Shown: positions 44,800 to 57,771, numbered from the stretch's first letter. The stretch is DNA of 64,000 bases from Gammaproteobacteria bacterium (GCA_965222615.1 CBDCUI010000008.1:672001-736000); one strand, 5' to 3'. Numbers and translations are program-made. Notes: generated by a model from the sequence alone, not told the origin.

Positions 44800-46899
44800 A
44801 TGGCGCGCAAGACTCCCATCACACGGTATCGAAATATCGGCATCATGGCGCATATTGATGCAGGTAAGACGACTACTACCGAACGAGTTCTCTTTTATAC
44901 CGGTATCTCCCACAAAATAGGTGAAGTTCATGACGGTGCAGCTGTCATGGATTGGATGGAGCAAGAGCAAGAGCGCGGTATTACGATCACCTCAGCTGCA
45001 ACCACTTGCTTTTGGAGTGGCATGGGTAATCAACATGATCAGCATCGAATCAATATTATCGATACTCCAGGTCATGTCGATTTCACCATCGAAGTTGAAC
45101 GTTCACTTCGAGTGCTAGATGGTGCTTGCGCAGTGTTTTGTGCCGTGGGTGGAGTCGAACCCCAGTCCGAAACCGTGTGGCGACAGGCAAATAAATATCA
45201 GGTTCCGCGCATGGCTTTCGTGAATAAGATGGATCGAGCTGGCGCTGATTTTTTGCGTGTTGTAGAACAAATTCGTGAAAGGCTTGGATCGCTAGCTGTA
45301 CCCATTCAGTTGCCAATTGGTGCAGAGGATGGGTTCAAAGGTGTGGTTGATTTAATCAAGATGAAGGCGATTTATTGGAATGAAGCAGATTTGGGCACTA
45401 CCTTTGCAGAAGAAGAAATTCCAGATGATATGCAAGCGGATTGTCAAAAATGGCGTGATGAGATGATAGAAGCCGCAGCTGAATCATCTGAGGAAATTAT
45501 GGAGAGTTACCTAGAAGAAGGAATCTTATCCGAGGAGGACATTCGCAAGGGGCTGCGTTACCGCACTTTAGCCAATGAAATCGTGCCGACTTTATGCGGA
45601 TCTGCCTTTAAAAACAAAGGCGTACAAGCAATGTTGGATGCGGTAATTGATTTTATGCCTTCACCTACTGATGTCCCTGCAATCCAAGGCACTTTAGATG
45701 ATAAGGGCGAAACGGTTAGTGAACGTAAGTCTTCGGATGATGAACCGTTTGCTGCATTGGCATTTAAGATTGCAACAGACCCGTATGTAGGTACGTTAAC
45801 TTTTTTCCGTGTATATTCAGGTGTGTTGAGTTCGGGAGATACGGTTTTTAATCCGGTAAAAAATAAAAAAGAACGTGTTGGTCGTATTTTGCAAATGCAC
45901 TCCAATTCTCGTGAAGAAATTAAAGAGGTGCGAGCTGGTGATATTGCGGCTGCTGTGGGTTTAAAAGATGTAACCACGGGTGAAACTTTATGCGACTTAA
46001 AACATGTGATTACTTTGGAGCGTATGGAATTCCCAGAGCCGGTAATTTCAGTCGCCGTTGAGCCTAAAACCAAATCTGATCAAGAAAAAATGGGTATTGC
46101 ATTACAGAAATTAGCACAAGAGGATCCATCTTTCCGTGTACAAACCGATGAAGAATCGGGTCAAACAATTATCTCTGGAATGGGCGAATTACATCTTGAT
46201 ATTATTGTCGACCGCATGAAACGAGAGTTTAGCGTCGAAGCCAATGTAGGCGCACCACAAGTTTCCTACCGTGAAACGATTCAGACAAAAATTGAACATG
46301 AGAGTAAATTTGTTCGTCAATCCGGTGGGCGTGGTCAATATGGGCATGTATATTTAAGGATAGAACCACAAAAACCCGGTAATGGCTTCGAGTTTGCCAA
46401 TGAAATTGTCGGTGGTGCGGTACCGCGCGAATATATACCTGCGGTAGAAAAAGGCGTTAAGGAAGCCATGGATAATGGTGTGATTGCGGGTTATCCAGTA
46501 GTAGATGTAAAAGTAACGCTTTATGATGGTTCTTATCATGATGTAGATTCGTCTGAAATGGCGTTTAAAATAGCAGGCTCTATGGGATTTCGTGATGGTG
46601 CCAAGCAAGCGGATCCTGTACTTCTAGAACCTATTATGAAAGTTGAAGTAGTAACACCTGAAGAATACATGGGTGATGTGGTAGGCGATTTAAACCGCCG
46701 TCGCGGTATGGTAGGTGGTATGGAAGATGGTCCTTCTGGAAAAATAATCCGTTCTGAAGTTCCATTAGCCGAAATGTTTGGTTATGCAACCGATTTGCGC
46801 TCGGCAACACAAGGGCGCGCAACTTATTCAATGGAATTTGATAAGTATAAACAAGTGCCTGGAAATCTTTCAGACGCAATTATTAAGAAAAGTTCATAA
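44800..46899 (+). CDS. fusA: Elongation factor G
   Basis: [24 protein letters not shown]. Confidence 0.99.
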   Translation: MARKTPITRYRNIGIMAHIDAGKTTTTERVLFYTGISHKIGEVHDGAAVMDWMEQEQERGITITSAATTCFWSGMGNQHDQHRINIIDTPGHVDFTIEVERSLRVLDGACAVFCAVGGVEPQSETVWRQANKYQVPRMAFVNKMDRAGADFLRVVEQIRERLGSLAVPIQLPIGAEDGFKGVVDLIKMKAIYWNEADLGTTFAEEEIPDDMQADCQKWRDEMIEAAAESSEEIMESYLEEGILSEEDIRKGLRYRTLANEIVPTLCGSAFKNKGVQAMLDAVIDFMPSPTDVPAIQGTLDDKGETVSERKSSDDEPFAALAFKIATDPYVGTLTFFRVYSGVLSSGDTVFNPVKNKKERVGRILQMHSNSREEIKEVRAGDIAAAVGLKDVTTGETLCDLKHVITLERMEFPEPVISVAVEPKTKSDQEKMGIALQKLAQEDPSFRVQTDEESGQTIISGMGELHLDIIVDRMKREFSVEANVGAPQVSYRETIQTKIEHESKFVRQSGGRGQYGHVYLRIEPQKPGNGFEFANEIVGGAVPREYIPAVEKGVKEAMDNGVIAGYPVVDVKVTLYDGSYHDVDSSEMAFKIAGSMGFRDGAKQADPVLLEPIMKVEVVTPEEYMGDVVGDLNRRRGMVGGMEDGPSGKIIRSEVPLAEMFGYATDLRSATQGRATYSMEFDKYKQVPGNLSDAIIKKSS

Positions 46900-46944
46900 A
46901 TCAGAGTATTGTTAATAAAGATATTTTTGAAGAGGTAAAAAAAG

Positions 46945-48135
46945 ATGTCCAAAGAGAAATTTGAGCGCACGAAGCCGCATGTCAATGTTGGGACGATCGG
47001 GCATGTAGATCATGGGAAGACGACGTTAACGGCGGCGTTGACCAAGATCATGGGAGAGGCGCACGGCGGGGAGTTTAAGGCGTATGATCAGATCGACAAT
47101 GCGCCGGAAGAGCGCGAGCGGGGCATCACGATCGCGACGGCACATGTGGAATATGAGAGTCCGAATCGCCACTATGCGCATGTGGACTGTCCCGGACATG
47201 CGGACTATGTGAAGAACATGATCACAGGCGCCGCGCAAATGGATGGGGCGATTTTAGTGGTGAGTGCCGCGGATGGGCCGATGCCGCAGACCCGCGAACA
47301 CATCCTATTAGCCCGCCAAGTAGGGGTGCCCTACATATTGGTGTACATGAACAAAGCCGATCAAGTGGATGATGCCGAGCTGCTAGAACTGGTAGAGATG
47401 GAAGTGCGCGATCTACTGTCGACCTATGAATTTCCAGGCGACGATACGCCGATCGTCACGGGCTCAGCATTAAAGGCACTAGAAGGCGACACCTCCGAGA
47501 TCGGCGTGCCCTCGATCGTCAAGTTGGTGGAAGAGATGGACAACTTTATCCCGGAACCGGAACGCGCGATCGATGGCGACTACATCATGCCAGTGGAAGA
47601 CGTGTTTTCGATCTCCGGACGCGGCACGGTGGTGACCGGACGCATCGAGCGCGGCATCATCAAAGTCGGAGATGAGATCGAGATTGTGGGGATCAAAGAC
47701 ACGACGACGACGACCTGTACGGGCGTAGAAATGTTTCGCAAACTGCTGGATCAAGGGCAGGCGGGGGACAATGTAGGAGTACTACTGCGCGGCACGAAGC
47801 GCGACGAAGTGGAGCGCGGGCAAGTGCTGTGCAAGCCAGGGAGCATTACGCCGCATACCAAATTCGAAGCGGAAGTGTATATCTTGAGCAAAGAAGAAGG
47901 GGGGCGGCATACACCGTTTTTCAATGGCTATCGACCGCAATTTTACTTTCGCACGACCGATGTGACGGGGGCGGTAGAGTTACCGAGTGGCACCGAGATG
48001 GTGATGCCGGGAGATAATGTACAGATGACGGTATCGATGATTGCGCCGATCGCGATGGAAGAAGGGCTACGCTTTGCGATCCGTGAAGGCGGACGAACGG
48101 TGGGTGCTGGAGTCGTTGCGAAAATTATTGAATGA
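46945..48135 (+). CDS. tuf: Elongation factor Tu (fusA-linked copy)
   Basis: Protein identical to the 30112 copy. Confidence 0.99.
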   Translation: MSKEKFERTKPHVNVGTIGHVDHGKTTLTAALTKIMGEAHGGEFKAYDQIDNAPEERERGITIATAHVEYESPNRHYAHVDCPGHADYVKNMITGAAQMDGAILVVSAADGPMPQTREHILLARQVGVPYILVYMNKADQVDDAELLELVEMEVRDLLSTYEFPGDDTPIVTGSALKALEGDTSEIGVPSIVKLVEEMDNFIPEPERAIDGDYIMPVEDVFSISGRGTVVTGRIERGIIKVGDEIEIVGIKDTTTTTCTGVEMFRKLLDQGQAGDNVGVLLRGTKRDEVERGQVLCKPGSITPHTKFEAEVYILSKEEGGRHTPFFNGYRPQFYFRTTDVTGAVELPSGTEMVMPGDNVQMTVSMIAPIAMEEGLRFAIREGGRTVGAGVVAKIIE

Positions 48136-48154
48136 AAAATAGAGAGTAATCACT

Positions 48155-48472
48155 ATGCCAGCAGCAGGACAAACCATACGTATACGCTTAAAAGCCTTCG
48201 ATCATCGACTTATAGATCGTTCTGCAAGTGAAATCGTAGAAACAGCGAAGCGTACCGGTGCAAGGGTGAGGGGACCGATCCCTTTACCTACCAAAAAAGA
48301 GCGTTTTACAGTGCTGATTTCTCCACATGTGGATAAGAATGCGCGGGATCAGTATGAGATACGTACTCATAAGCGCATAATGGATATCGTCGAGCCTACC
48401 GATAAGACCGTGGATGCCTTGATGAAATTGGATTTGGCGGCAGGCGTTGATGTTCAAATCAAATTAAATTAA
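48155..48472 (+). CDS. rpsJ: 30S ribosomal protein S10
   Basis: [17 protein letters not shown]. Confidence 0.98.
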   Translation: MPAAGQTIRIRLKAFDHRLIDRSASEIVETAKRTGARVRGPIPLPTKKERFTVLISPHVDKNARDQYEIRTHKRIMDIVEPTDKTVDALMKLDLAAGVDVQIKLN

Positions 48473-48617
48473 GAAAGCCCTGATTTATCCTGATACGCCC
48501 CTAAAAAATTTGATTATGAAAAAATGTCTTAAAATACTCATGTATCACCTATACACTCCACTTTTTCGACATTTTTGCCTCGTCTCAGTCACATATACTG
48601 ATAAAACAGAGTTTCTT
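48471..48617 (+). mobile_element. MITE-like palindromic element copy E (begins at the rpsJ stop)
   Basis: aagaaagccctgatttatc / gataaaacagagtttctt; core aaaatactcatgtat..atacactcc..ttttcgacatttttgcctcgtctcag. Confidence 0.78.
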
Positions 48618-48764
48618 TAACTTACTAGAACCCCCAAAAGGGATAAAATTTCTATTTCAAAGTATGAATTAGGTGAGTAGAGCTAAAATAGTCGATTTAT
48701 GGATAATTGAATGAAGAAAATGGTTTTCTAAGACTCTGATTTTTGGGATAATGCTCGGCTTTCT

Positions 48765-48798
48765 GCGGCCCGGCCTGGGGAGACCCATGCCGGGCCGT
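48765..48798 (+). promoter_or_regulatory. GC-rich GNRA-capped hairpin in the rplC 5' region
   Basis: cggcccggc-c-tggg-GAGA-ccca-t-gccgggccg. Confidence 0.55.
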
Positions 48799-48851
48799 GA
48801 TTATCAGGCAACCTAAAAATTCCCAGTTTTTTCATCGGGCGTGTATTGAAT

Positions 48852-49610
48852 ATGTCACTAGGTTTAATTGGTACAAAAGTTGGAATGACACGTGTCTTTA
48901 ATGAGGCAGGTGTGTCTGTGCCTGTAACCGTATTACATGTTCCAGCGAATCGTGTCTCTCAAGTACGCGTACCCGAAGTAGATGGTTATCAAGCCATACA
49001 AGTTACCTATGGTGAAAAGAAACTTTCACAAATCAATAAACCTATGTCTGGTCATTTTGCAAAATCAGGTGTGCTTGCGGGCAGAGGGTTACGTGAGTTT
49101 AGACTTGAGGGAGATCAGCAAGGTGAGTTAACTGTTGGATCAGAAATTACTGCAAATTTGTTTTCGGTGGGTCAAAAAGTTTCGGTAACGGGGATTTCAA
49201 AGGGTAAGGGTTTTGCGGGGCCGGTAAAACGCCATAACTTTGGTATGCAAGACGCAACCCATGGTAATTCGCTTTCGCATCGTGCACATGGTTCTACCGG
49301 CCAATGTCAAGATCCTGGGCGTGTTTTTAAAGGTAAAAAAATGGCCGGGCAAATGGGAAATGTCAAAGTCACCACGAAAAATTTAGAAGTGGTGCAAATT
49401 GATAATGATAAAGAGTTACTACTTATCAAGGGATCCGTGCCTGGCGCACCTGGTGGTGATGTTGTTGTACGGCCGGTTAATCCTAATGAAGTAAATATGC
49501 CAACTGAAAGTGCTTCAACTGAAGAAACCGATGCAACTGAACCAGCCGCAGAAGAAGTAAAAGAAAAATCCCAAGAAAAACCTCAAGTGAAATCAGAATC
49601 TGAAGAATAG
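48852..49610 (+). CDS. rplC: 50S ribosomal protein L3 with acidic C-terminal extension
   Basis: [24 protein letters not shown]. Confidence 0.97.
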   Translation: MSLGLIGTKVGMTRVFNEAGVSVPVTVLHVPANRVSQVRVPEVDGYQAIQVTYGEKKLSQINKPMSGHFAKSGVLAGRGLREFRLEGDQQGELTVGSEITANLFSVGQKVSVTGISKGKGFAGPVKRHNFGMQDATHGNSLSHRAHGSTGQCQDPGRVFKGKKMAGQMGNVKVTTKNLEVVQIDNDKELLLIKGSVPGAPGGDVVVRPVNPNEVNMPTESASTEETDATEPAAEEVKEKSQEKPQVKSESEE

Positions 49611-49612
49611 AC

Positions 49613-50218
49613 ATGAAGCTAGCTATTGCCAATAAGAAAGCCTCGGTGACGGTATCGGATGAAATTTTTGCATGTGAATTTAATGAGTCTCTCGTGCATC
49701 AAATGGTAACGGCCTATCTTGCGGGGGGTCGTGCAGGTACTAAGGCGAATAAAAGTCGTAGTGACGTTAGGGGTGGTGGTGCAAAACCATGGCGCCAAAA
49801 AGGTACAGGTCGTGCACGTGCGGGAACTTCTAACAGTCCAATTTGGCGTGGTGGTGGGGTAACGTTTGCAGCTAAACCGCGCAGTTATAAACAAAAGTTA
49901 AATAAAAAAATGGTGCGCGCAGCCTATGCAAGTATGTTTTCCGAATTAGCGCGGCAAGAACGTTTACATGTTGTCGAAGACTTTACAGTGACTGAGCCAA
50001 AGACGAAACAAGCACTAGAACACCTTAAAAAATTAAATCTAACCTCTGCATTAGTGATCACTGAAGAAGCTGATAAAAATTTATACCTCTCTGTTCGTAA
50101 CTTACCTCATGTCGATGTGACTGAAATTGGCGGTTTAGATCCAGTTAGTCTGCTTAAGTATGGCGATGTTGTAGTAACCAAAGATGCATTACAAGCAATT
50201 GAGGAGTGGTTGCAATGA
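49613..50218 (+). CDS. rplD: 50S ribosomal protein L4
   Basis: [14 protein letters not shown]. Confidence 0.98.
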   Translation: MKLAIANKKASVTVSDEIFACEFNESLVHQMVTAYLAGGRAGTKANKSRSDVRGGGAKPWRQKGTGRARAGTSNSPIWRGGGVTFAAKPRSYKQKLNKKMVRAAYASMFSELARQERLHVVEDFTVTEPKTKQALEHLKKLNLTSALVITEEADKNLYLSVRNLPHVDVTEIGGLDPVSLLKYGDVVVTKDALQAIEEWLQ

Positions 50219-50511
50219 ATCAAGAACGCATCATGACAATATTGCTTGGTCCACATATCTCAGAAAAAACGGCGTTGAGTGCAGATACTAATAATCAGCA
50301 TGTTTTTAAAGTATTACCGAGTGCAAAAAAAAATGAAATTAAGCTAGCAGTAGAAGAATTATTTGATGTGAAAGTAGCTGCAGTGAACACAATTAATATG
50401 CAAGGTAAACGTAAACGATTTGGTATGCGCCAAGGTAAGCGTCCTGACTGGAAAAAGGCAATTGTGACATTGGAACAAGGTCACGACATCGATTTTGGTG
50501 GATTTGAGTAA
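50215..50511 (+). CDS. rplW: 50S ribosomal protein L23
   Basis: [14 protein letters not shown]; ATG overlaps the rplD stop. Confidence 0.97.
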   Translation: MNQERIMTILLGPHISEKTALSADTNNQHVFKVLPSAKKNEIKLAVEELFDVKVAAVNTINMQGKRKRFGMRQGKRPDWKKAIVTLEQGHDIDFGGFE

Positions 50512-50525
50512 GAAAGATTTTCGTT

Positions 50526-51353
50526 ATGACACTAGCAAAAGCAAAACCTACATCACCTGGACGTCGTTTTGTAGTTCAAGTTACGACACCCGGTTTATAT
50601 AAAGGTGGGCCTTACAAACCTTTACTGGATGATAAGAGTAAAAAAGGCGGTCGTAATAATGCTGGTTGCATTACTACACGTCATCGTGGTGGAGGTCACA
50701 AACAACGTTATCGAATTATAGACTTTAAGCGCAATAAAGATGACGTTAGTGCACAAGTAGAAAGAATTGAATATGACCCAAATCGAAGCGCCAATATTGC
50801 CTTGCTAAAGTATATAGATGGAGAGCGACGCTACATTATCGCTCCAAAGGGCTTGCGACAAGGTGACCAAGTGAGTTCTGGGATGCAAGCTTCGATTAAA
50901 GTTGGTAATGCGTTGCCATTGAGAAGTATACCGGTGGGTACCGTTGTGCACTGTATCGAAATGAAACCAGGTAAAGGTGCACAGGTTGGTAGAAGTGCAG
51001 GTGCAGCGATTCAAATTGTTGCACGCGAAGGTAACTATGCAACGTTGCGCTTGCGTTCTGGTGAAATTCGAAAAGTCTTATCGGAATGTAAAGCAACCAT
51101 AGGTGAAGTTGGAAATGCTGAACATAATCTGCGCAAGCTAGGTAAAGCTGGTGCGAAACGTTGGCGAGGAGTTCGTCCTACAGTAAGAGGTGTGGCAATG
51201 AATCCTGTGGATCATCCGCATGGTGGTGGCGAAGGCCGCACTTCTGGTGGAAGACATCCTGTATCACCTTGGGCGATGCCAACAAAAGGTTTTAAAACCA
51301 GAAAAAATCGACGTACTGATCGATTGATTGTTAGACGTAGAAACAAAAAGTAA
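50526..51353 (+). CDS. rplB: 50S ribosomal protein L2
   Basis: [21 protein letters not shown]. Confidence 0.99.
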   Translation: MTLAKAKPTSPGRRFVVQVTTPGLYKGGPYKPLLDDKSKKGGRNNAGCITTRHRGGGHKQRYRIIDFKRNKDDVSAQVERIEYDPNRSANIALLKYIDGERRYIIAPKGLRQGDQVSSGMQASIKVGNALPLRSIPVGTVVHCIEMKPGKGAQVGRSAGAAIQIVAREGNYATLRLRSGEIRKVLSECKATIGEVGNAEHNLRKLGKAGAKRWRGVRPTVRGVAMNPVDHPHGGGEGRTSGGRHPVSPWAMPTKGFKTRKNRRTDRLIVRRRNKK

Positions 51354-51380
51354 ATAGTTATTAACTGAGATTATTAATTT

Positions 51381-51653
51381 ATGCCAAGATCGTTACGTAA
51401 AGGCCCGTTTGTTGATCATCACTTGATGAAAAAAGTTGAAACGGCGGCAGCCAAGAATGATCGCAAACCAATTAAAACATGGTCGCGGCGTTCTTTAGTG
51501 GTGCCTGATATGGTAGGTCTTACTATTGCCGTACATAATGGTCGCCAACATGTGCCTGTTTTAATAAATGAAAATATGGTTGGCCATAAACTTGGCGAAT
51601 TTGCCATTACACGAACATTTAAAGGTCATTCTGGAGATCGCAAGGCAAAATAG
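51381..51653 (+). CDS. rpsS: 30S ribosomal protein S19
   Basis: [15 protein letters not shown]. Confidence 0.98.
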   Translation: MPRSLRKGPFVDHHLMKKVETAAAKNDRKPIKTWSRRSLVVPDMVGLTIAVHNGRQHVPVLINENMVGHKLGEFAITRTFKGHSGDRKAK

Positions 51654-51655
51654 CT

Positions 51656-51988
51656 ATGGAAGTTTCTGCAAAACTTACTTTTATGAGAATCGCACCGCAG
51701 AAGGCACGTTTGGTGGCGGACCAAGTACGTGGTAAAACCGTGGAACGTGCATTAGAAATTTTATCATTCAGCCCAAAGAAGGCGTCACATATTATTAAAA
51801 AAGTATTAGAGTCGGCAATAGCTAATGCGGAGCATAATGAAGGTGCAGATATCGATGAGCTAAAGGTCTCAAAAATTTTTGTCGACGATGGCCCAACGCA
51901 CCGCAGGTTTCAAGCACGGGCAAAAGGTCGTGCCGCAAAGATATTAAAACGAACTAGTCATATAACCGTAGAGGTTAGTGATAGTTAA
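51656..51988 (+). CDS. rplV: 50S ribosomal protein L22
   Basis: [15 protein letters not shown]. Confidence 0.98.
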   Translation: MEVSAKLTFMRIAPQKARLVADQVRGKTVERALEILSFSPKKASHIIKKVLESAIANAEHNEGADIDELKVSKIFVDDGPTHRRFQARAKGRAAKILKRTSHITVEVSDS

Positions 51989-52132
51989 GAAATATATTAG
52001 AGATTAAGAGAAAGATTTAGTAGTGATTTATATGTGCATAACCACAACATTTAAATTTTTAACCAAAGGTAATTGCTAGATATGCATACAAAACCATCAC
52101 GTCGAGCGTTATACAGGACAGGGTGCTAGATC

Positions 52133-52834
52133 ATGGGACAAAAGGTTCATCCAACTGGAATGCGATTAGGAATATCTACGGATTGGACATCCAAGTGGTA
52201 TGCGGATGGTCGTGACTATGCCGAATTCCTCAGTAGCGATCTTGAAATTCGCGATTATTTAAAGAAAAAACTTTCACAAGCATCGGTAAGTCGCATACAA
52301 ATTAATCGCCCTGCACGTGCAGCCTTTATCACAATACATACGGCACGTCCTGGAATCGTAATTGGGAAAAAAGGCGAAGACATCGAGGCATTGCGTCATG
52401 AAGTAGCAAGGCGTACGGGTCTCAGTGTGAATAACGTCAAGATCAACATTGAAGAAATTCGCAAACCGGAAATTGATGCGCAACTTGTAGCAGAAAGTAT
52501 TGCGCAGCAATTAGAGCGACGTATTATGTTTCGCCGCGCAATGAAAAGAGCGGTTAGCAATGCGATGCGTCTAGGGGCATTAGGTGTAAAAGTGAATGTT
52601 GGTGGCAGACTGAATGGTGCTGAGATTGCTCGAAGTGAGTGGTATCGGGAAGGTCGAGTACCTTTGCATACACTGCGAGCCAATATTGATTACGGTTTTG
52701 CTGAAGCGAAAACTACTTACGGGATTATTGGGATAAAAACTTGGATATATAAAGGTGACGTATTTGATTTGCACGCTAAAGATCAAGAAGATGCTATTGA
52801 ACAGCCAAAAGCACGTGCTAGTGCGAAAAATTAA
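52133..52834 (+). CDS. rpsC: 30S ribosomal protein S3
   Basis: [17 protein letters not shown]. Confidence 0.98.
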   Translation: MGQKVHPTGMRLGISTDWTSKWYADGRDYAEFLSSDLEIRDYLKKKLSQASVSRIQINRPARAAFITIHTARPGIVIGKKGEDIEALRHEVARRTGLSVNNVKINIEEIRKPEIDAQLVAESIAQQLERRIMFRRAMKRAVSNAMRLGALGVKVNVGGRLNGAEIARSEWYREGRVPLHTLRANIDYGFAEAKTTYGIIGIKTWIYKGDVFDLHAKDQEDAIEQPKARASAKN

Positions 52835-52854
52835 TTAAATAAGACTTAAACCAA

Positions 52855-53268
52855 ATGTTACAACCAAAACGTACAAAATTTCGTAAACAACAGAAAGGCC
52901 GCAACCGCGGGCTTGCGTTGAACGGGAATAAAGTTAGCTTTGGTGAATATGGCCTAAAGGCGGTGTCTAGGGGCCGTATCACGGCAAGGCAAATTGAAGC
53001 TGCACGACGCGCGATGACACGTCATGTAAAACGTGGTGGAAAAATATGGATTCGTATATTTCCCGATGTGCCCGTTACTAAAAAACCATTAGAAGTAAGG
53101 CAAGGTAAAGGAAAAGGTAATGTTGAATATTGGGTAGCTAAGATTCAACCGGGAAAGATGTTATATGAGATGGAAGGTGTTGAGGAGCATGTTGCTCGTG
53201 AAGCATTCCGCTTAGCGGATGCTAAGCTTCCTCTTAAAACAGCGTTTGTTTCACGAACGGTAATGTAG
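52855..53268 (+). CDS. rplP: 50S ribosomal protein L16
   Basis: [19 protein letters not shown]. Confidence 0.98.
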   Translation: MLQPKRTKFRKQQKGRNRGLALNGNKVSFGEYGLKAVSRGRITARQIEAARRAMTRHVKRGGKIWIRIFPDVPVTKKPLEVRQGKGKGNVEYWVAKIQPGKMLYEMEGVEEHVAREAFRLADAKLPLKTAFVSRTVM

Positions 53269-53278
53269 AAACGACACA

Positions 53279-53482
53279 ATGAAAGCCGAAGAATTACGCA
53301 AAAAGACAACAGAAGAGCTTGCAAAAGAGCTATTAGACTTGCGCAAAGAGCAATTTAATTTACGCATGCAGCGTGGTGTTGGGCAAGCCACTCGCGTACA
53401 TCAGTTTAAGTTAAATCGAAAAAATATTGCACGTGTAAAAACAGTCATAAATGAGAAAAAGCTAACTGAGAAAACATCTTAA
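53279..53482 (+). CDS. rpmC: 50S ribosomal protein L29
   Basis: [14 protein letters not shown]. Confidence 0.96.
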   Translation: MKAEELRKKTTEELAKELLDLRKEQFNLRMQRGVGQATRVHQFKLNRKNIARVKTVINEKKLTEKTS

Positions 53483-53527
53483 CTATGCAAACTACTAGTG
53501 AAAACAAAATATTTGTGGGAGTGTTGA

Positions 53528-53791
53528 ATGTCTGAAGAGCAGAAAAAGATTCGCACTCTGCAAGGAATGGTTGTTAGTGACAAGATGGATAAGACCGTGA
53601 CAGTTTTATTAGAGCGCCAAGTAAAACATCCTTTATATAAAAAGTATATTAAACGTTCTACAAAATTACATGTGCATGATGAAAATAATGAATGTTCAAT
53701 AGGTGACAAGGTTTCAATACGCGAGTGCCGTCCTTTTTCTAAAACGAAATCGTGGCAGCTTGTCGAAGTTATTGAGCGTGGTATTACGTAG
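53528..53791 (+). CDS. rpsQ: 30S ribosomal protein S17
   Basis: [15 protein letters not shown]. Confidence 0.97.
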   Translation: MSEEQKKIRTLQGMVVSDKMDKTVTVLLERQVKHPLYKKYIKRSTKLHVHDENNECSIGDKVSIRECRPFSKTKSWQLVEVIERGIT

Positions 53792-53809
53792 GTGTGATGA
53801 GGGGTAGTT

Positions 53810-54178
53810 ATGATTCAGATGCAAACTACGCTGGAAGCAGCAGACAACAGTGGTGCACGCAAAGTGCAGTGTATCAAGGTGCTTGGTGGTTCGCACCGTC
53901 GTTATGCCAGGATTGGCGACATTATTAAAGTAAGTGTTAAAGATGCTATTCCACGTGGAAAGGTAAAAAAGGGCGAGGTCTACAATGCGGTGGTAGTAAG
54001 AACTGCACAAGGTGTACGTCGACCGGATGGGTCATTAATCAGGTTTGATAGCAACGCAGCGGTGTTATTAAACCAACAATTACAACCCATTGGCACACGA
54101 ATTTTTGGGCCGGTAACACGTGAATTACGTACTGAGCGTTTTATGAAAATTATTTCATTAGCGCCAGAAGTTTTATAA
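53810..54178 (+). CDS. rplN: 50S ribosomal protein L14
   Basis: [15 protein letters not shown]. Confidence 0.98.
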   Translation: MIQMQTTLEAADNSGARKVQCIKVLGGSHRRYARIGDIIKVSVKDAIPRGKVKKGEVYNAVVVRTAQGVRRPDGSLIRFDSNAAVLLNQQLQPIGTRIFGPVTRELRTERFMKIISLAPEVL

Positions 54179-54202
54179 AAGTTTTGGGTTAAGTGTAGAA
54201 AA

Positions 54203-54520
54203 ATGCAACGAATTCGAACAGGTGATGATGTGATTGTAATCGCTGGCAAAGATAAAGGCCGGCGAGGCACTGTATTGAAGGTCATTGATGACGATCATTT
54301 GGTCATCGAGAATATAAACATTGCTAAAAAACATCAAAAACCGAATCCAAATATGGGAATTGCTGGTGGTATAAATGAGCAAGAAAACCCAATACATGCC
54401 TCTAATGTCATGTTGTTTAATCCGGCTACGAATAAAGGCGACAAAATTGGTTTTAAGATTTTAGAAGATAATAAAAAAGTTCGTTATTTTAAATCTAACG
54501 GCGAAGTTGTAGATGTATAG
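54203..54520 (+). CDS. rplX: 50S ribosomal protein L24
   Basis: [19 protein letters not shown]. Confidence 0.97.
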   Translation: MQRIRTGDDVIVIAGKDKGRRGTVLKVIDDDHLVIENINIAKKHQKPNPNMGIAGGINEQENPIHASNVMLFNPATNKGDKIGFKILEDNKKVRYFKSNGEVVDV

Positions 54521-54525
54521 GTACA

Positions 54526-55065
54526 ATGGCTAGACTTCAAGAATATTACATGAATACAGTTCGTAACCAGCTTATGGAAAAGCTAGGTTATAAAAATATT
54601 ATGCAAGTGCCTCGTATTGAAAAAATTACCTTAAATACAGGTGTGGGTGAAGCCGTGCGTGATAAGAAAGTTATTGAAAAAGTAGTTACTGATATGGAAC
54701 AAATAGCGGGACAAAAAGCAGTAGTGACCCGAGCAAGGAAATCGATTGCGGGATTTAGTATTCGTGATGGTTTTCCGATTGGTTGTAAAGTTACTTTGCG
54801 TAAAACAAGGATGTACGAATTTTTGGATCGCTTAATCAGTATCGCAATTCCACGTGTAAGAGATTTTCGCGGTTTAAATACTAGGGCATTTGATGGACGA
54901 GGTAATTATAGCCTAGGGATTAGCGAACAGATTATTTTTCCTGAAATCGATTACGATAAAATAGATGCAATTCGTGGAATGGATATTGCGATTACAACAA
55001 CCGCAAATACAGATGAAGAAGCTAAGGCACTACTAGAAGCATTTAGTTTTCCATTTAGAAGATAA
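54526..55065 (+). CDS. rplE: 50S ribosomal protein L5
   Basis: [22 protein letters not shown]. Confidence 0.98.
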   Translation: MARLQEYYMNTVRNQLMEKLGYKNIMQVPRIEKITLNTGVGEAVRDKKVIEKVVTDMEQIAGQKAVVTRARKSIAGFSIRDGFPIGCKVTLRKTRMYEFLDRLISIAIPRVRDFRGLNTRAFDGRGNYSLGISEQIIFPEIDYDKIDAIRGMDIAITTTANTDEEAKALLEAFSFPFRR

Positions 55066-55078
55066 AGAGAGTTCAAGC

Positions 55079-55384
55079 ATGGCAAAAAATTCAATGGTGG
55101 AGCGTGAGAAAAAGCGTGCAAAAGTTGTATTACGTTATGCTAATAAACGCTCTCAACTTAAAGCCATTATTAAAAGCTCAACAACTAGTTATGAAGAAAA
55201 GCAAGAAGCTATGTTGCAACTACAGAAGCTACCCAAAAATGCTAGTCCAACTCGATTACGTAATCGCTGCAGCTTAACTGGAAGACCAAAAGGATATTAT
55301 CGAAAATTTGGATTAGGTCGTAATAAATTACGTGAAGCTGCAATGCGTGGCGATATTCCTGGTTTAGTTAAAGCAAGTTGGTAA
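55079..55384 (+). CDS. rpsN: 30S ribosomal protein S14
   Basis: [17 protein letters not shown]. Confidence 0.97.
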   Translation: MAKNSMVEREKKRAKVVLRYANKRSQLKAIIKSSTTSYEEKQEAMLQLQKLPKNASPTRLRNRCSLTGRPKGYYRKFGLGRNKLREAAMRGDIPGLVKASW

Positions 55385-55408
55385 GAGTTTGTAAATTAGG
55401 ATAATGAT

Positions 55409-55804
55409 ATGAGTATGAGTGACCCAATTTCCGATATGTTAACGCGTATTCGTAATGGGCAGAGTGCCAGAAAAGTAACTGTTACTATGCCTTCGTCAAA
55501 AGTCAAAATAGCTATTGCCAATGTGCTTAAAGAAGAAGGTTTTATTGAAGACTGTGCGGTTGATGAAGACGGCCCTAAGAGCAATTTATCTGTCACGCTT
55601 AAATATTATATGGGTGAACCGGTTATCTCTAAGCTTAAAAGAGTAAGTCGGCCCGGTTTGCGTATCTATAAGAATGTAGATGATTTGCCCAAAGTAATTG
55701 GTGGAATGGGTGTTGCGATAATATCTACGTCCAATGGTGTCATGAGTGATCGTGCAGCTCGTGCTGCAGGTCATGGTGGCGAAGTTTTATGTACTGTTGA
55801 GTAA
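55409..55804 (+). CDS. rpsH: 30S ribosomal protein S8
   Basis: [20 protein letters not shown]. Confidence 0.98.
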   Translation: MSMSDPISDMLTRIRNGQSARKVTVTMPSSKVKIAIANVLKEEGFIEDCAVDEDGPKSNLSVTLKYYMGEPVISKLKRVSRPGLRIYKNVDDLPKVIGGMGVAIISTSNGVMSDRAARAAGHGGEVLCTVE

Positions 55805-55819
55805 GTAACGTTAATCATT

Positions 55820-56347
55820 ATGTCGCGAATTGCTAAACAAGCTATCGATATTCCATCTGGTGTGGATGTGAAGTTACAAGGGCAGCATCTTACCGTAAAA
55901 GGCCCTAATGGTGAGTTGTCTATGGATATTCACGACGATGTTAACGTTGAGTTGCAAGATAAACGATTACAAGTGGTAATGGAAAAGTCAAACAATGTTG
56001 CCATGGCTGGAACCATGCGTGCATTGATGAATAATTTAGTGACAGGTGTAAATGCTGGATTTGAACGCAAGCTAGAATTGGTTGGTGTTGGTTATCGTGC
56101 ACAATCAAAAGGTAAGACGTTGAATTTATCATTAGGGTTTTCACACCCGGTTGATTATCCAGTGCCGGAAGGAATTAAAATTGAGACACCAAGTCAGACA
56201 GAGGTCGTGATTAAAGGTGCTGATAAGCAAAAAGTTGGACAAGTTGCTGCAGAAATTCGTGCCTTTCGACCGCCTGAACCCTATAAGGGTAAGGGTGTTA
56301 AATATGCGGAAGAGAGGATCGTACGCAAAGAGGCAAAGAAAAAGTAA
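55820..56347 (+). CDS. rplF: 50S ribosomal protein L6
   Basis: [14 protein letters not shown]. Confidence 0.98.
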   Translation: MSRIAKQAIDIPSGVDVKLQGQHLTVKGPNGELSMDIHDDVNVELQDKRLQVVMEKSNNVAMAGTMRALMNNLVTGVNAGFERKLELVGVGYRAQSKGKTLNLSLGFSHPVDYPVPEGIKIETPSQTEVVIKGADKQKVGQVAAEIRAFRPPEPYKGKGVKYAEERIVRKEAKKK

Positions 56348-56503
56348 AGGCTATGACACATATGATCTTTTTCTCCAATACATCGTTTTCGAATTTCTCA
56401 AATGCTCATGTACTGGCGTGTACACTCCGCCCTAAAATAATGAGACTAGGGAAATTCTCAGGCCTTGTCTTGAAGAAAAATTTCTATCTGTGTAATAGCT
56501 TTA
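56345..56503 (+). mobile_element. MITE-like palindromic element copy F (begins at the rplF stop)
   Basis: taaaggctatgacaca / tgtgtaatagcttta; core aaatgctcatgtac..gtacactccgc...gccttgtct. Confidence 0.72.
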
Positions 56504-56526
56504 AATAATTATTTAATTTAATTGTG

Positions 56527-56880
56527 ATGAATAAATCAAATTCAAGAACACGACGGGCTTTAAAGACGCGCAAAAAAATATCTGCGTTGAAAGCCCATCG
56601 CTTGTGTGTGCATCGAACTCCAAAACACATATATGCACAAATCATTACACCAGCTGGCGGTGAAACAATTGTCAGTGCATCGTCTTTGGATACGAGTGTG
56701 CGAGATGCAGTTAATTACACTGGTAATGTGGAAGCGGCAAAAGCCGTTGGAAAAATGATTGCCGAACGCGCCAAAGATAAAGGTGTAGAAAATGTAGCCT
56801 TTGATCGCTCTGGCTTTAAATACCATGGTCGTGTTAAAGCCATGGCAGATGCTGCCCGCGAAGCAGGATTAAAGTTTTAA
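56527..56880 (+). CDS. rplR: 50S ribosomal protein L18
   Basis: [12 protein letters not shown]. Confidence 0.97.
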   Translation: MNKSNSRTRRALKTRKKISALKAHRLCVHRTPKHIYAQIITPAGGETIVSASSLDTSVRDAVNYTGNVEAAKAVGKMIAERAKDKGVENVAFDRSGFKYHGRVKAMADAAREAGLKF

Positions 56881-56904
56881 GTAACAATCAAGGATTATTA
56901 GTAA

Positions 56905-57411
56905 ATGGCAACGAACGAACCAGCAAGAATATCAGACGGTCTAGAAGAGAGATTGGTGGCCGTCAATCGTGTTGCAAAAGTAGTAAAAGGTGGCCGTCAA
57001 TTTGGTTTTACTGCGCTTACGGTGGTTGGTGACGGTAATGGCAAAGTGGGAGTAGGTTACGGGAAAGCGCGTGAAGTCCCTTTGGCGATACAAAAAGCAA
57101 TGGAAAAAGCACGTAAAGAATTAAAGCATGTGCCACTTATAGACGGTACTTTATATTACCCGGTGATGGGTAGACATGGTGCAGCAAAAATATTTATGCA
57201 ACCTGCCTCTGTGGGAACCGGAATTATTGCTGGTGGCGCAATGCGTGCCGTATTTGAAGTAGTTGGTGTGAAAAACGTTTTATCAAAATGCATCGGGTCT
57301 AGAAACCCGATCAATGTAGTACAAGCGACCATTAATGCATTGAGTAATATGCAATCACCCGATTTAATTGCTGCGAAACGTGGCAAGACGGTTGAAGAAA
57401 TTATGTCGTGA
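56905..57411 (+). CDS. rpsE: 30S ribosomal protein S5
   Basis: [18 protein letters not shown]. Confidence 0.98.
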   Translation: MATNEPARISDGLEERLVAVNRVAKVVKGGRQFGFTALTVVGDGNGKVGVGYGKAREVPLAIQKAMEKARKELKHVPLIDGTLYYPVMGRHGAAKIFMQPASVGTGIIAGGAMRAVFEVVGVKNVLSKCIGSRNPINVVQATINALSNMQSPDLIAAKRGKTVEEIMS

Positions 57412-57425
57412 GTGAACTTCAGAAT

Positions 57426-57608
57426 ATGAGTAAGCAATTAAAAGTGACATTAGTGAAAAGCCTAAGTGGAAGACTTGCGGCCCATAAGGCATGTGCAAGA
57501 GGCTTGGGTATTCGTCGTATTCATAATCCGGTTATGGTTGTAGATACTCCTGAAAACCGCGGCATGATTAATAAGATTAGCTATATGCTAAAAGTTGAAG
57601 ACACATAA
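57426..57608 (+). CDS. rpmD: 50S ribosomal protein L30
   Basis: [16 protein letters not shown]. Confidence 0.95.
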   Translation: MSKQLKVTLVKSLSGRLAAHKACARGLGIRRIHNPVMVVDTPENRGMINKISYMLKVEDT

Positions 57609-57751
57609 AGAACTTATCTCAAAATGAATCTTTTCCATTTATACAACGTTCTCGCTTTTCTTAAATGCTCATGTACTAGCGTGTACACTGCGCTTTTCGA
57701 AAAGCTCGGGCCTCGTCTAAATGTAAAATCTCCAATTTTGAGATAAGTTCT
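57609..57751 (+). mobile_element. MITE-like palindromic element copy G (rpmD-rplO spacer)
   Basis: Perfect 17-bp TIR agaacttatctcaaaat / attttgagataagttct; core aaatgctcatgtac..gtacactgcgcttttcg...gcctcgtct. Confidence 0.8.
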
Positions 57752-57771
57752 AATAATTTATTGTTATAACT

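Noticed and set aside
46896-46907. ataaatcagag after fusA resembling the MITE TIR
   Set aside because: About 11 bp only, with no partner end or core; may be chance
51989-52132. rplV-rpsC spacer as an eighth MITE copy
   Set aside because: Only an imperfect inverted repeat (gtgat..tgcata / tatgca..atcac); it lacks the conserved core motifs
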